A stretch of 63,877 nt of DNA, counting the filler. It is 5 parts of 5 records of this genome, joined end to end, with 100 filler letters (N's around TTAATTAATTAA, not from the genome) between each part and the next. Parts side by side here need not be neighbours in the genome. Positions count along the whole stretch, not along the records: positions 1 to 19,637 come from SRR20825010_2926; positions 19,738 to 24,842 come from SRR20825010_2935; 3 more parts are not named here. The stretch is one strand, 5' to 3'. Below the pieces are notes generated by a model. It was not told the DNA's origin. It made no database searches and saw only the letters and a list, made by a program, of their open reading frames with translations. The translations under genes and the position numbers were made by a program. Positions 12,367 through 22,855 of the stretch are shown piece by piece; the first letter of the stretch is position 1, and the number at the start of each line of letters is the position of its first letter.

Positions 12367-12431
12367 CATGCCGCTACCAGATCACGGGACTGCCTGGTTT
12401 TCATAGCAATCCGGGTGTCGGGCACCGCATG
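12367..12431 (-). ncRNA. candidate L31 (rpmE) autoregulatory leader RNA
   Basis: Minus strand reads CATGCGGTGCCCGA...TCTGGTAGCGGCATG, a long hairpin directly before the RBS (GAGG). It resembles gammaproteobacterial L31 leaders as recalled; not verified by search. Confidence 0.65.
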
Positions 12432-12609
12432 TTTGAATCAATTGAGAAGACGGGGCACAATCATGCCCTGCCGGAAACAGACCGCGAATCTTACTTGCAA
12501 ATGCGGTATCAGGCAAGCCCCGGACCGTCATATCATCCCGCCCGACACGGGACACGCCGGTTTTCAGCTCCTTAAAAGGATAGGCAGATACCGTGACACC
12601 TTCATCGCC

Positions 12610-14790
12610 ATGGAGCCACATGTGCCCCGAACTGCGCGTATAGCATTGAACCGCCCTATCCGGCGGCTGTTCGATTATCTGGTGCCAGATCACATTGCAC
12701 TGCAACCAGGCCAGCGTGTAACGGTCCCCTTCGGACGTCAATCGGCTACCGGGCTGGTGGTCGAAACAGACGCAAAACCACCGGAGGGCATCACCCTTAA
12801 ACCCGTCCGGTCCGCCGCCGAGGCGTGGCCAGCACTGCCCCCGGAAACCTTTCGCCTTCTTAGCTGGGCATCTGATTACTATCAGCACCCACTAGGAGAG
12901 TGCCTTTTTACCGCACTACCACCAGCGCTCCGTCGCGGCAGACCTGCCGTGGAGAATGCCGATCCCTACTGGCAAGCCTGCGGCGATCCGGCGCTGCTGC
13001 CCGGCAACGCAACACGACAGAGAGAACTGCTGGCGTGGCTAAACCGCCAGCCCGGCGGCGCAGGCAGCAAGCAGATTGTGCGGGCCGGTTTCACGCAGTC
13101 GCAAATCCGAAGCCTTCAGGAAAAAGAACTGATCCGCGAGACCACGCCACCCACCCCAGATGGCGTAACAGAGGAAACCCGGAATCGTATCCCCGTACTG
13201 TCTCCAGCCCAACAAGAAGCCGCCAACCAACTTCCATCGCCAGACAACGGTTTCGCGACAGCGCTCCTGTTTGGCATTACAGGCAGCGGGAAGACCGAGC
13301 TCTACCTTCATTACCTGAAGACTCACCTGGACGACCGACACCAGGCACTCGTCCTGGTACCAGAGATCAACCTGACGCCGCAGACCGTAGCCCGCTTCCA
13401 ATACTATTTCGGGTCACGCATCGCGGTATGGCACTCGGCACTAAAAGACAGCGAACGACTCTCAACCTGGCTAAGGATCCGCAATGGAGAGCCGGTCATC
13501 CTGATAGGCACGCGCTCGGCTGTATTACTCCCCTTTACCGACCTGAAAACCATCATCGTGGACGAAGAACACGACAGCTCCTATAAACAGGGGGAAGGGT
13601 TCCGCTATTCCGGCAGGGACACCGCGGTCTATCGCGCGCACCTTAATAATTGCCCAGTTATTCTTGGCTCGGCGACGCCCTCCATGGAGTCATACCAAAA
13701 TGCCTTGTCTGGCAAGTACCGCCTGGTTCGACTCGAAGAGAGAGCGGGTAACGCCAAGCCTCCAACGATCAAACTTCTGGATATCCGCAGTCGTCCTCTG
13801 GAAGGCGGTCTTTCCCGTCCAGCCCTGCAAGCCATCGAGAAATGCCTCAGCAATGGGCAACAGGCGTTGGTATTCGTGAATCGGAGAGGATTCGCTCCGG
13901 TCATGATGTGTTTCGACTGCGGCCATATGGTGGAGTGCCCTCACTGCGACACACGCCTGACTTACCACCGCCGCGACCGGGCCATGCGCTGTCACCACTG
14001 CGACTTCCAGACCGCCGCAACAGACCACTGCCCCAAATGTGACAGCGAGGCGTTCAAGCCCGTCGGCCAGGGCACTGAACGCACCGAGGACATTCTAACC
14101 TCACAGTTCCCAGACACGCCTGTTGTTCGGGTCGACCGGGACAGCACCCAGCGCAAGGGCAGCATCCAGGGCATCCTCAAAAAAGTGAACAGCGGGCGCC
14201 CCTGCATTCTGGTTGGCACGCAAATGCTGGCCAAGGGCCACGACTTCCCGAACGTTACGCTGGTGGTTGTCGTCAATGCCGATGGCGGACTTTTCAGCGT
14301 GGACTTCCGGGCTCCGGAACAACTGATCCAGACATTACTGCAAGTGAGCGGCCGGGCCGGCCGTGGGGATAACCCCGGCGAAGTATTGGTTCAGACCTGT
14401 CATAGCGACCACCCCCTGCTGCACTCCCTGGCCGAGGGGCACTATCTCCCCGTTGCCGATCAACTGCTCGCGGAACGCGAAACGGGGCAACTCCCCCCCT
14501 TTCGTGCAATGGCGATTTTCAGGGCAGAGGCTGAGACGATGGAAAAAAGCCTACAGTTACTGGACACCATAAAACAACAAGCCCGCTACCAGCAGATAGA
14601 GATCTGGGGGCCCCTGCCCGCGCTGATTGCTCGCCGCGCTGATCGCCTTAGAGCTCAACTGGTTCTGCTTTGCAGTAATCGAAAGTACCTCAACCACACG
14701 CTCGGCGTTCTGTGTGAAACGCTGGACCAGAGTAGACTCCCAGCCGGGCTAAAATGGGCCATTGACGTAGACCCGCAGGAAACCGGTTAA
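12610..14790 (+). CDS. priA: primosomal protein N' (replication restart helicase)
   Basis: GITGSGKTE, DEEHD, GSATPS, four CxxC pairs, QVSGRAGR, WAIDVDP. Start placed at MEPHVPR rather than at the longer ORF start. Confidence 0.97.
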   Translation: MEPHVPRTARIALNRPIRRLFDYLVPDHIALQPGQRVTVPFGRQSATGLVVETDAKPPEGITLKPVRSAAEAWPALPPETFRLLSWASDYYQHPLGECLFTALPPALRRGRPAVENADPYWQACGDPALLPGNATRQRELLAWLNRQPGGAGSKQIVRAGFTQSQIRSLQEKELIRETTPPTPDGVTEETRNRIPVLSPAQQEAANQLPSPDNGFATALLFGITGSGKTELYLHYLKTHLDDRHQALVLVPEINLTPQTVARFQYYFGSRIAVWHSALKDSERLSTWLRIRNGEPVILIGTRSAVLLPFTDLKTIIVDEEHDSSYKQGEGFRYSGRDTAVYRAHLNNCPVILGSATPSMESYQNALSGKYRLVRLEERAGNAKPPTIKLLDIRSRPLEGGLSRPALQAIEKCLSNGQQALVFVNRRGFAPVMMCFDCGHMVECPHCDTRLTYHRRDRAMRCHHCDFQTAATDHCPKCDSEAFKPVGQGTERTEDILTSQFPDTPVVRVDRDSTQRKGSIQGILKKVNSGRPCILVGTQMLAKGHDFPNVTLVVVVNADGGLFSVDFRAPEQLIQTLLQVSGRAGRGDNPGEVLVQTCHSDHPLLHSLAEGHYLPVADQLLAERETGQLPPFRAMAIFRAEAETMEKSLQLLDTIKQQARYQQIEIWGPLPALIARRADRLRAQLVLLCSNRKYLNHTLGVLCETLDQSRLPAGLKWAIDVDPQETG

Positions 14791-14992
14791 CTTACTCACC
14801 TCCCCTTACTGAAGCCACGCATCAGATTACAAAGTTTTTCAAAAATGAATACCGATCAACATTGCATAGACGCATCCTGTGCTATGATTTTCAGCAAACT
14901 AATAATCAAACTTGTGAAAATACTTAAACTTGCGCATTTCAAGCAGGGAATGTGCTTCGAACTGGCCTTTGCTGTAACGGGAACTGGAGAAA

Positions 14993-16888
14993 ATGATAAT
15001 GTCAGGGAAACTCCTTGCACGTGCGTGCGCTATATTTTTAGCGCTAATATTGACGGCCTGCGGTGGCGACGATAATTCTAGCCCGCTCGCCGGCTCACCT
15101 GATGGAAGCGGCGGAAGCGGCGACCCCACGACACCTTCAGAGGATGCTGATGTCGGCACCGTTGAACTCATAGCCAACCCGGTTCGTCTGGACACATCCA
15201 CCAACGCCAGCTCAAGCATTACCGCGCGAATCAAAGACTCGAACGGCATTCTTCTGCAGGATGTTCCAGTGAGTTTCAGTGCTAATAACGGCGGAACTCT
15301 AGAGGTAACCCAACAAATCACCGATCAGGCTGGCGTCGCATCTGCGACCCTGACAACCGACAGTGACCCGAGAAACAGAACGGTGACAGTGACCGCCCAG
15401 GCAGGAAGCGTGTCTCGATCACTCAACGTCGAAATATCGGGAACGTCGATTTCAATCTCGGGCCCCTCATCTATTTCCCTTGGTGGCTCAGCCAACTATA
15501 GAGTGACGCTGTCAGATGCTGACGGCAACGGCATCGCAGGACAACCGATAACCCTTTCAACCAATCGGGGCACCCTGTCTGCGTCCAACTTAACATCTTC
15601 CAGCAATGGCTCAGTAGACGTGCAATTGTCCGGCGGAAACACCGGAGGCACCGCAAACATTACAGCCTCTGCCTATAGCGGCAGCAGTCAGGTTTCTGCT
15701 ACACAGAATGTGGTCATTGCGGGAGACAGCTTCGCATTCACAGCCCCCGATACCGCTACCGAAGTAGACCTAGGCGTCGAACAACAGGTTACAGTTGAGT
15801 GGCAGGTAGACGGAAACCCAGTGGCTGATGGTTCTCAGGTGCAGTTCTCTGCCACACGAGGCACTCTCAATCCGGCAAACGGCCTTGTGACTACCAGCGG
15901 TGGAGAAGCCAGCGTTGGCATTACCTCAACCAACTCTGGAACGACGACTGTGACGGCTACAGACCCAGACTCTGGCCTTTCTGCGGATCTGTCGTTTGAA
16001 TTTATCGCAACCACTCCAGACTCGATAAATCTTCAAGCTTCGAAGACTCAGCTTGACCTGGGCGAAACCAGCGAGATCATTGCCGTAATTCGCGATGCTT
16101 CTAACAACTTGGTAAAAAATCAGGAAATCAGCTTCCGTATCCTCGAAGATGGAAGCGGGGGCAACCTGAGCTCCAGCCTCGACGTAACTGACTCTCAGGG
16201 CCGTGCCTCAACCATTTACACCGCAGGATCAAACACCAGCGGTAGAGATGGCGTAGAAATTGAAGCTGTAGTGGATGGATCTATTTCAGATACTGTAACA
16301 CTGACAGTAGCCCGGCAGGCACTTCGACTGGCTATCGGCACCGGCAACGAAATTGAGGAACCTGACTCTGTTCGATACGTAAAAGAGTATGTTGCGATTG
16401 TGACAGACGCCAATGGCGCTCCGGTGGAAAACGCCAGTATCGAATTGAGCGCACTGCCGGTTGGCTACAGAAAAGGCTACTATGACGTCACAACTGACGA
16501 TGACTGGGCCATATTCCCTTCAGACCCACAGTTTTGTGAGGCAGAGGACACAAATCAAAATGGTCAGCTCGACCCCGGCGAAGATGTCAATGGGAGCGAA
16601 AAACTTGAGCCCACCAACTCTGCAGCCACTAGCTCATCATCAATCACGTCTGCCAGTGATGGCTCCGCCAGCTTCTCTCTTCTCTACCCACAAAGCCATT
16701 GTAACTGGGTACAGATAGAACTGACGGCGACTGTTCGCGTAGGCGGATCGGAGAGTGTTGAAACATCCAGGTTCTACCTTTCATGCCTTGCTAGCGATCT
16801 CAGTAACACCGACATTTCGCCTCCCGGCGGCACTGAGGGCCTATATGGCGTAGCACAGGACTGTTCGGTAGACGATTTCACCAATTAA
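14993..16888 (+). CDS. surface lipoprotein with tandem bacterial Ig-like (Big_1/invasin-type) domains
   Basis: Signal peptide with lipobox LTAC; repeated TARIKDSNG / VTLSDADGNG / AVIRDASNN / AIVTDANG-type beta-sandwich motifs; Ser/Thr/Gly-rich; C-terminal DTNQNGQLDPGED Ca-binding-like loop. Confidence 0.8.
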   Translation: MIMSGKLLARACAIFLALILTACGGDDNSSPLAGSPDGSGGSGDPTTPSEDADVGTVELIANPVRLDTSTNASSSITARIKDSNGILLQDVPVSFSANNGGTLEVTQQITDQAGVASATLTTDSDPRNRTVTVTAQAGSVSRSLNVEISGTSISISGPSSISLGGSANYRVTLSDADGNGIAGQPITLSTNRGTLSASNLTSSSNGSVDVQLSGGNTGGTANITASAYSGSSQVSATQNVVIAGDSFAFTAPDTATEVDLGVEQQVTVEWQVDGNPVADGSQVQFSATRGTLNPANGLVTTSGGEASVGITSTNSGTTTVTATDPDSGLSADLSFEFIATTPDSINLQASKTQLDLGETSEIIAVIRDASNNLVKNQEISFRILEDGSGGNLSSSLDVTDSQGRASTIYTAGSNTSGRDGVEIEAVVDGSISDTVTLTVARQALRLAIGTGNEIEEPDSVRYVKEYVAIVTDANGAPVENASIELSALPVGYRKGYYDVTTDDDWAIFPSDPQFCEAEDTNQNGQLDPGEDVNGSEKLEPTNSAATSSSSITSASDGSASFSLLYPQSHCNWVQIELTATVRVGGSESVETSRFYLSCLASDLSNTDISPPGGTEGLYGVAQDCSVDDFTN

Positions 16889-16901
16889 GAAGACACAGCC
16901 A

Positions 16902-16945
16902 CTCTGGGGCCCAGGCTTGACTGAAAGCTGGGCCGGGCCCCAGAG
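16902..16945. repeat. GC-rich inverted repeat without a U-tract between the Ig-like gene and argS
   Basis: CTCTGGGGCCC...GGGCCCCAGAG. Confidence 0.7.
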
Positions 16946-17055
16946 CCACAATCATATTTGAGTCCCTCCACCCTTTCCTTGATAATACGTCTCTTCAGTT
17001 TCAGAGGGCGCCCCGCCCCGTAACCCACTCTCCGTATATCGAGTCATCCGACAGC

Positions 17056-18741
17056 ATGAAAGAGACCGTATCCGAACTGCTCCAGTCTGCGCTGGCGACC
17101 CTGCAATCTGAAGGCACCTTGCCAGCAGATCAGACCTTTACACCACAGGTAGGCAACACCAAGGACAAATCCCACGGTGACTACGCCTGCAACATTGCTC
17201 TGGTCGCATCGAAGGCGGCGGGTTGCCCGCCACGGAAGCTGGCAGAGGCATTGGTGGAACGGTTGCCAGACACCAGCGCTGTCGAGAAAGTTGAGATTGC
17301 AGGCCCCGGCTTTATCAACTTTTTCATGAGCACGGCCAGTGCCTTTGAGGTGGTTAACACCATTCTCGACAACGCCGGGCAGTACGGTCGTAACAACAAC
17401 GGCAAGGGCGAGAAGGTCCAGGTGGAGTTTGTCTCCGCCAACCCCACCGGCCCCCTGCACGTGGGCCATGGCCGTGGTGCGGCTATTGGCGACTGCCTGA
17501 GTCGTTTGCTGGAAGCCAATGGTTACGAAGTCACCCGCGAGTTTTACTACAACGATGCAGGCGCGCAGATCAGCAATCTGGCGCTTTCAGTGCAGTCACG
17601 GGTGAAAGGGCTGACACCGGACGACGAAAACTGGCCGGCCGATGGCTACCGCGGTGACTACATCACCGATGTGGCCAATGCCTATCTCGCCGGCGAAACC
17701 GTTACCGCGGACGACCGGGAAGTCACCGGTAAAGCCGATCCGGACGATCAACAAGCCATCCAGGAGTTTGCGGTTGCCTACCTGCGTCGTGAGCAGGACC
17801 TGGACCTGAAAGCTTTTGGCGTGGAGTTCGACGTGTATTTCCTCGAGTCATCGCTGTACGAAGATGGCAAGGTAGAGGAAACCGTCGAGCGCCTGCAGGA
17901 AAACGGCTATACCTACGAACACGACGGCGCCATGTGGCTGAAAACCACCGAATTCGGCGACGACAAAGACCGCGTGATGCGCAAGAAGGATGGCGGCTAT
18001 ACCTATTTCCTGCCGGACGTGGCCTACCACCTGAACAAGTGGCAACGGGGTTTCACCACGGTTATCAATGAGCAGGGTGCCGACCACCACTCCACCGTCA
18101 CACGGGTTCGTGCCGGCCTGCAAGCGCTGAACGCCGACATCCCCCAGGATTGGCCGGATTACGTGCTTCACCAGATGGTGATGGTGACCCGATCCGGGCA
18201 GGAAGTGAAGATTTCCAAGCGCGCAGGCAGTTACGTGACGGTCCGTGACCTGATCGACGAAGTGGGCCGCGACGCCACCCGCTTTTTCCTTGCGGCTCGC
18301 AGAGTCGACTCCCAGTTGACTTTCGATATCGATCTGGCCCGCTCCCAGACCAATGAAAACCCGGTCTATTACATTCAGTATGCCCATGCACGTATTTGCA
18401 GTGTGCTCAGAAAACTGAAAGAGGAAGGGGTTGAGCGCGGCCTGAACGAGTGCGTGGGAGATCTGTCCTTACTGACGCTCGACGAGGAAAAGGATCTCGC
18501 TAACCAGTTGGCCAAGTACCCCGAGCTTATAGAAAGTTCAGCCAAATTGCGGGAACCACATCACCTGACGCACTATCTCAAGGATCTTGCCGGGCAGTTC
18601 CACACCTACTACAACGCCCACAAAGTTCTGATCGAGGATACTGCTGTCCGGGACGCTCGCGTTTCCCTGTATCTTGCCGTGCGGCAGGTGATTGCCAATG
18701 GTCTCGATCTGCTTGGCGTGAGCGCTCCCGACGAAATGTAG
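17056..18741 (+). CDS. argS: arginine--tRNA ligase
   Basis: [15 protein letters not shown] (HIGH motif), [24 protein letters not shown]. Confidence 0.98.
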   Translation: MKETVSELLQSALATLQSEGTLPADQTFTPQVGNTKDKSHGDYACNIALVASKAAGCPPRKLAEALVERLPDTSAVEKVEIAGPGFINFFMSTASAFEVVNTILDNAGQYGRNNNGKGEKVQVEFVSANPTGPLHVGHGRGAAIGDCLSRLLEANGYEVTREFYYNDAGAQISNLALSVQSRVKGLTPDDENWPADGYRGDYITDVANAYLAGETVTADDREVTGKADPDDQQAIQEFAVAYLRREQDLDLKAFGVEFDVYFLESSLYEDGKVEETVERLQENGYTYEHDGAMWLKTTEFGDDKDRVMRKKDGGYTYFLPDVAYHLNKWQRGFTTVINEQGADHHSTVTRVRAGLQALNADIPQDWPDYVLHQMVMVTRSGQEVKISKRAGSYVTVRDLIDEVGRDATRFFLAARRVDSQLTFDIDLARSQTNENPVYYIQYAHARICSVLRKLKEEGVERGLNECVGDLSLLTLDEEKDLANQLAKYPELIESSAKLREPHHLTHYLKDLAGQFHTYYNAHKVLIEDTAVRDARVSLYLAVRQVIANGLDLLGVSAPDEM

Positions 18742-18796
18742 CAAGTCAGGCTTCATGATCTGAATATTCAGGCACGCAACAGGAACTAACCCGGCC

Positions 18797-19429
18797 ATGT
18801 CCCGAGACTATGCCCGCAAATCAAGAACGGCCAGCAAACCGGCAACATCAACAAAATCCGCGAGGCCTGCGCGTAAACAAAAGCAGCCCCCAAAACGCCC
18901 TGCTGCGGCCAAGTCACAGCGGGGCGGCTTGTCATTGAAGTGGATTCTGTCACTGGCAGCCGTGGGTGGTTTTATCGGCTTTATTGCCTATCTCAACTCA
19001 CTTCCTACATCCGAGCCTCGCCAGGGTGAAAAAGCCACAACAGCCGAACCACCTGCGGTAAAGGAGAAGCCTTCGGAAACCGCCGCAAAAGAAAAACCCG
19101 GCTTTCACTTTTACGACATGCTTCCTGACTCGGAGGTGGTTCCTCCCGAGGTCGAGGAATATACCCCTGGGCCAGGACAGCAAACGTTTGATTACCTGGT
19201 GCAGACGGGCTCTTTCCGACAACAGCAAGATGCAGAGAGGCAGCGGGCCGAAATCGCGTTCCAGGGCCTCCGTGCAAAGGTCAAACGCATCGACCTCGAC
19301 AGCGGAAGCATCTGGTACCGCGTCAATGTAGGCCCCTTCACCTCTCGCAGCCAGATGAATGCGGCTATCGACAAGCTGGTCAATCTCAACATTCAGCCTC
19401 TGGTCAGGAAGATTCCCAAGGAGGGCTGA
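18797..19429 (+). CDS. SPOR-domain cell division protein (FtsN-like)
   Basis: MSRDYA start, one TM helix, FHFYDMLP, SPOR motifs VQTGSF and WYRVNVGPF; argS-SPOR-hslV gene order. Confidence 0.9.
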   Translation: MSRDYARKSRTASKPATSTKSARPARKQKQPPKRPAAAKSQRGGLSLKWILSLAAVGGFIGFIAYLNSLPTSEPRQGEKATTAEPPAVKEKPSETAAKEKPGFHFYDMLPDSEVVPPEVEEYTPGPGQQTFDYLVQTGSFRQQQDAERQRAEIAFQGLRAKVKRIDLDSGSIWYRVNVGPFTSRSQMNAAIDKLVNLNIQPLVRKIPKEG

Positions 19430-19459
19430 GCTGCCCTCCCGACTCTCTTTCCTCCCGCC

Positions 19460-19487
19460 CTTGAAAACCGCCCCCTCGCCTCCATAA
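19460..19487 (+). promoter_or_regulatory. sigma-32 (RpoH) heat-shock promoter of hslV
   Basis: CTTGAAA-13 nt-CTCCATAA, compared with the consensus CTTGAAA-N13-17-CCCCATNT. Confidence 0.75.
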
Positions 19488-19526
19488 CTGCTGAATACCG
19501 TTTTCTATCAGGCAAATGGAGCCAGA

Positions 19527-19637
19527 ATGACTACCATACTCTCTGTCAGGCGTGACGATGAAGTTGCCATGGGTGGCGACGGCCAGGTCTCCCTCGGCAA
19601 TACCGTAATGAAGGGCAATGCCCGCAAGGTTCGCCGG
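19527..19637 (+). CDS. hslV: ATP-dependent protease subunit HslV (5' fragment, cut by contig end)
   Basis: Manual translation: [37 protein letters not shown]. Confidence 0.95.
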
Positions 19638-19737
19638 NNNNNNNNNNNNNNNNNNNNNNNNNNNNNNNNNNNNNNNNNNNNTTAATTAATTAANNNNNNN
19701 NNNNNNNNNNNNNNNNNNNNNNNNNNNNNNNNNNNNN
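19638..19737. other. artificial contig spacer
   Basis: 44 N + TTAATTAATTAA (stop codons in all six frames) + 44 N. Confidence 0.99.
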
Positions 19738-20056
19738 TCTGGAACACCATGCCGACCTTGGCGCGCAATTGCACCGGGTCGACGCGCTTGTCATAGATGT
19801 CCTGACCATCGATCGTGATGTCGCCTTCGATGCGGCAAATGTCGATGCTGTCGTTCATCCGGTTCAGGCAGCGCAAAAAGGTGGATTTGCCACAACCCGA
19901 TGGACCGATAAAGGCGGTCACGGTCTTGTCCTGGATCTCGCAGTCCACGTCTTTGATGGCATGGTTGGTGCCGTAATAGACCTGCACCTTGCGGGCGCTG
20001 ATCTTGATGTCCTGCTGCTCCACGTTGCTCTCCATATTCGTCGGTACGTCGTACAT
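19738..20056 (-). CDS. pstB: phosphate ABC transporter ATPase (5' part only)
   Basis: [29 protein letters not shown]. Confidence 0.95.
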
Positions 20057-20088
20057 TTTCTTGCTTTCCTAGTCCCGCAGCCCGGCCC

Positions 20089-21381
20089 TTACCAGCGGCG
20101 CTCAAACTTGTTGCGAAGGTAGATCGCCACGCCGTTCATGGTGACGAGGAACACCAGCAGCACCAGAATAGCCGCCGAGGTTCGACTTACAAAGCCGCGT
20201 TCCGGACTGTCGGCCCAGATGAAGATCTGGGTGGGCAGCGCCGTTGCCGCATCAGTCGGCCATTCGGGTGCCGAAGTGATAAAGGCGTTCATCCCGATCA
20301 GCAGCAGCGGGGCGGTTTCGCCAAGCGCCTGCGCCAGACCGATGATGGTCCCGGTCAGGATCCCTGGCATGGCAAGCGGCAGGACGTGGTGGAACACCAC
20401 CTGTTGCCGAGACGCGCCAACCCCCAGCGCGGCCTCGCGGATCGACGGCGGAACCGCCTTCAGCGCGGCCCGCGTGGCGATGATGATCGTCGGCATGGTC
20501 ATCAGCGACAGCGTCAGACCACCCACCAGCGGCGCGGACCGCTGCATCCCGAACCAGCCGAGAAAGACAGCCAGCGCCAGCAGACCAAAGACCACCGAAG
20601 GCACCGCCGCGAGGTTGTTGATGTTCACCTCGATCAGATCGCTGACCCGGTTCCGCTTGGCAAACTCTTCGAGATAGATCGCCGCGCCGATCCCGATCGG
20701 AAAGGCGATCAGGAAGCACACCAGCAGCGCCCAGAACGACCCGACAAGGGCACCCTTGAGACCGGCAAGCTCTGGAAAGCGCGAGTCGGCGTTGGTGATC
20801 AGACCCCAGTTGAGCGGCTCACTGATTTCGCCACGCTCTGCCAGCGCATCGAACCATGCGATTTGTTGGTTGCTCACACGGCGCAGTTCTTCGGGCGTCT
20901 CTCGGTCAACCAATCCCTTCTTGAGCTGATCGAATGGGTCGGATGCCGGCACCTTGATCGTGATGGTCTGGCCGATCAGATCGTTGTCACGAACCACCAT
21001 GTCCCGCAGTTGGAACTGGGCGCCATTCGACAGGATCGAGGTCAGCGACCGGATCTGGGCGCGGCCTTCGACATCGGGGAAGATATTGAGCATCGAGGCG
21101 GCCAGAACGTCCGAGAACCCGCCGCGCGGCAGACGCTCGACCGAGATTTCCTCGGGGTCCAGATAGACCTCGACAGTGACATGGGTCTGGGTAAAGGCCT
21201 TGTAGCCGGTGCTGACCAGCGAGGCGACAAGGATGAACAGCATCAGGATCGCGAAGCCGATGGCGGACAGGCCAAGACCCTGAAGGATGGTTTGTTTCCG
21301 GCGGCGTTTTGCCAGACCTGCGGCCACCTTATCGGTCGCGCTGAGCCCTGCAGAAGTGTCGGACATGGATGCGTCAGTCAT
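20089..21381 (-). CDS. pstA: phosphate ABC transporter permease PstA
   Basis: NINNLAAVPSVVFGL, EAALGVGAS, GETAPL; start placed at MTDASMS. Confidence 0.95.
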   Translation of the reverse strand: MTDASMSDTSAGLSATDKVAAGLAKRRRKQTILQGLGLSAIGFAILMLFILVASLVSTGYKAFTQTHVTVEVYLDPEEISVERLPRGGFSDVLAASMLNIFPDVEGRAQIRSLTSILSNGAQFQLRDMVVRDNDLIGQTITIKVPASDPFDQLKKGLVDRETPEELRRVSNQQIAWFDALAERGEISEPLNWGLITNADSRFPELAGLKGALVGSFWALLVCFLIAFPIGIGAAIYLEEFAKRNRVSDLIEVNINNLAAVPSVVFGLLALAVFLGWFGMQRSAPLVGGLTLSLMTMPTIIIATRAALKAVPPSIREAALGVGASRQQVVFHHVLPLAMPGILTGTIIGLAQALGETAPLLLIGMNAFITSAPEWPTDAATALPTQIFIWADSPERGFVSRTSAAILVLLVFLVTMNGVAIYLRNKFERRW

Positions 21382-21391
21382 TGAATGATCC

Positions 21392-22768
21392 TCAGTCGTA
21401 GGCTTCGCGGTATTTGCGCACGATACGGATGGCAAATACGTTGATGATCAGGGTCACGATGAACAACATCATACCCAGCGCGAAGGCGGACAACGTCTTG
21501 GGGTTGTCGAAGGATGTGTCGCCGATCAGCAGCGTCACAATCTGAACAGTTACCGTGGTCACGCTGTCCAGCGGGTTGATGGTCATCGTGGCGATCAGGC
21601 CGGCGGCCATCACAACGATCATCGTCTCACCGATGGCACGGCTGACGGCTAGCAGAACACCACCGACAATGCCGGGGATGGCAGCGGGAAACAGCACAGT
21701 GGTCATCATTTCGGCGCGGGTGGCACCCAGCCCCAAGGCACCGTCTCGCAGGCTTTGCGGGACTGCCGACAGGGCGTCATCGGCAAAGGACGAGATGAAC
21801 GGGATCAGCATGATCCCCATCACACCCCCGGCAGCAAGCGCCGTGTTGGGCGACACGTCCAGACCGATGCTTTGGCCGAACTGCCGGATGGCGGGCGCGA
21901 CCACAAGGATGGCGAAAAAGCCGTAGACCACCGTGGGCACCCCGGCGAGGATTTCCAGAATAGGCTTGGCACCGGCGCGGAACCAGTTGGGGGCAAATTC
22001 GTTCAGGTAGATCGCCGACATCAGGCCCACCGGAATGGCCAGTGCCAGCGCGATGAACATGATGACGATTGTCCCCAAGATGACCGGCAACCAGCCAAAG
22101 GCACCTTCGGCGGCAACCTGATCCTCGCGCAGCGGGATCTGCGGTTCCCAGTTGGTGCCGAACAGGAATTCGGTGACTGAGACCATTTCGAAAAAGCGAT
22201 AGGTTTCAAAGCTCAGCGACAGCACGATGCCAACGGTGACAAAGATCGCCAGCGACGCGCAGGCAATCATCAGACCGGAGACGATCCGCTCTACCCCGTG
22301 ACGGGCACGGAACTCTGCGGAAACCCGAAAGCGGGCGAAGATGATCAGAAGGATCGTCAGAATCGCGACAACACACAGCAAGAGGACAGAGCCGGATTGG
22401 TTCAGGCGGATCATGCGCTCTGCGGCCTCGACCTTCCACGGGTCAGGTGTGCCAAAGATGGTGCCGTTCGAGATCGTGGTGATTTCTGCCAGGATCAGCT
22501 GCCGAGCGCCGGTGCTCAATCCCTCAAGTGAACCATCAGGCAGGCCCGACATGATCATCCAGTCGACAACCGGCCCTTGCAGAACAATCCAGACCAGCAA
22601 CAGCAGGAAGACAGGCACAAAGGCGACCAGAAAGGAATAGAACCCGTGGAACCCGGACAGCGAGTGCAGTCGTTCGCCACCATTGCGAACAGCCTGCGCG
22701 GCTTGCCTGTTCCAGATGTAACCGGCAATCGAAACGGCCAGCAGTAGAAGGAATGTGTAGGACGTCAT
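21392..22768 (-). CDS. pstC: phosphate ABC transporter permease PstC
   Basis: EILAGVPTVVYGFF, SRAIGETMIV. Confidence 0.96.
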   Translation of the reverse strand: MTSYTFLLLLAVSIAGYIWNRQAAQAVRNGGERLHSLSGFHGFYSFLVAFVPVFLLLLVWIVLQGPVVDWMIMSGLPDGSLEGLSTGARQLILAEITTISNGTIFGTPDPWKVEAAERMIRLNQSGSVLLLCVVAILTILLIIFARFRVSAEFRARHGVERIVSGLMIACASLAIFVTVGIVLSLSFETYRFFEMVSVTEFLFGTNWEPQIPLREDQVAAEGAFGWLPVILGTIVIMFIALALAIPVGLMSAIYLNEFAPNWFRAGAKPILEILAGVPTVVYGFFAILVVAPAIRQFGQSIGLDVSPNTALAAGGVMGIMLIPFISSFADDALSAVPQSLRDGALGLGATRAEMMTTVLFPAAIPGIVGGVLLAVSRAIGETMIVVMAAGLIATMTINPLDSVTTVTVQIVTLLIGDTSFDNPKTLSAFALGMMLFIVTLIINVFAIRIVRKYREAYD

Positions 22769-22796
22769 CTCGCGCCTCGCCTCGCCTCTATTTGAT

Positions 22797-22824
22797 GGAC
22801 CGCCCGCATCGCAGCGGGCGGTCC
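22797..22824 (-). promoter_or_regulatory. intergenic stem-loop after pstS (probable mRNA-stabilising or attenuating hairpin)
   Basis: GGACCGCCCGC-ATCGCA-GCGGGCGGTCC, a perfect 11-bp stem. Confidence 0.7.
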
Positions 22825-22855
22825 CTGACTTTTGTCTCGGACAAGGGGTCCGAAC

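Noticed and set aside
12415..12609. N-terminal extensions in the ORF track for priA (also the malic enzyme, helicase, pheT, EVE and pyrF)
   Set aside because: These come from longest-ORF start choice; they overlap leader/promoter regions or neighbouring genes, and better downstream starts exist.
19682..19693. TTAATTAATTAA palindrome recurring four times
   Set aside because: Synthetic six-frame stop linker inside N runs, not biological.
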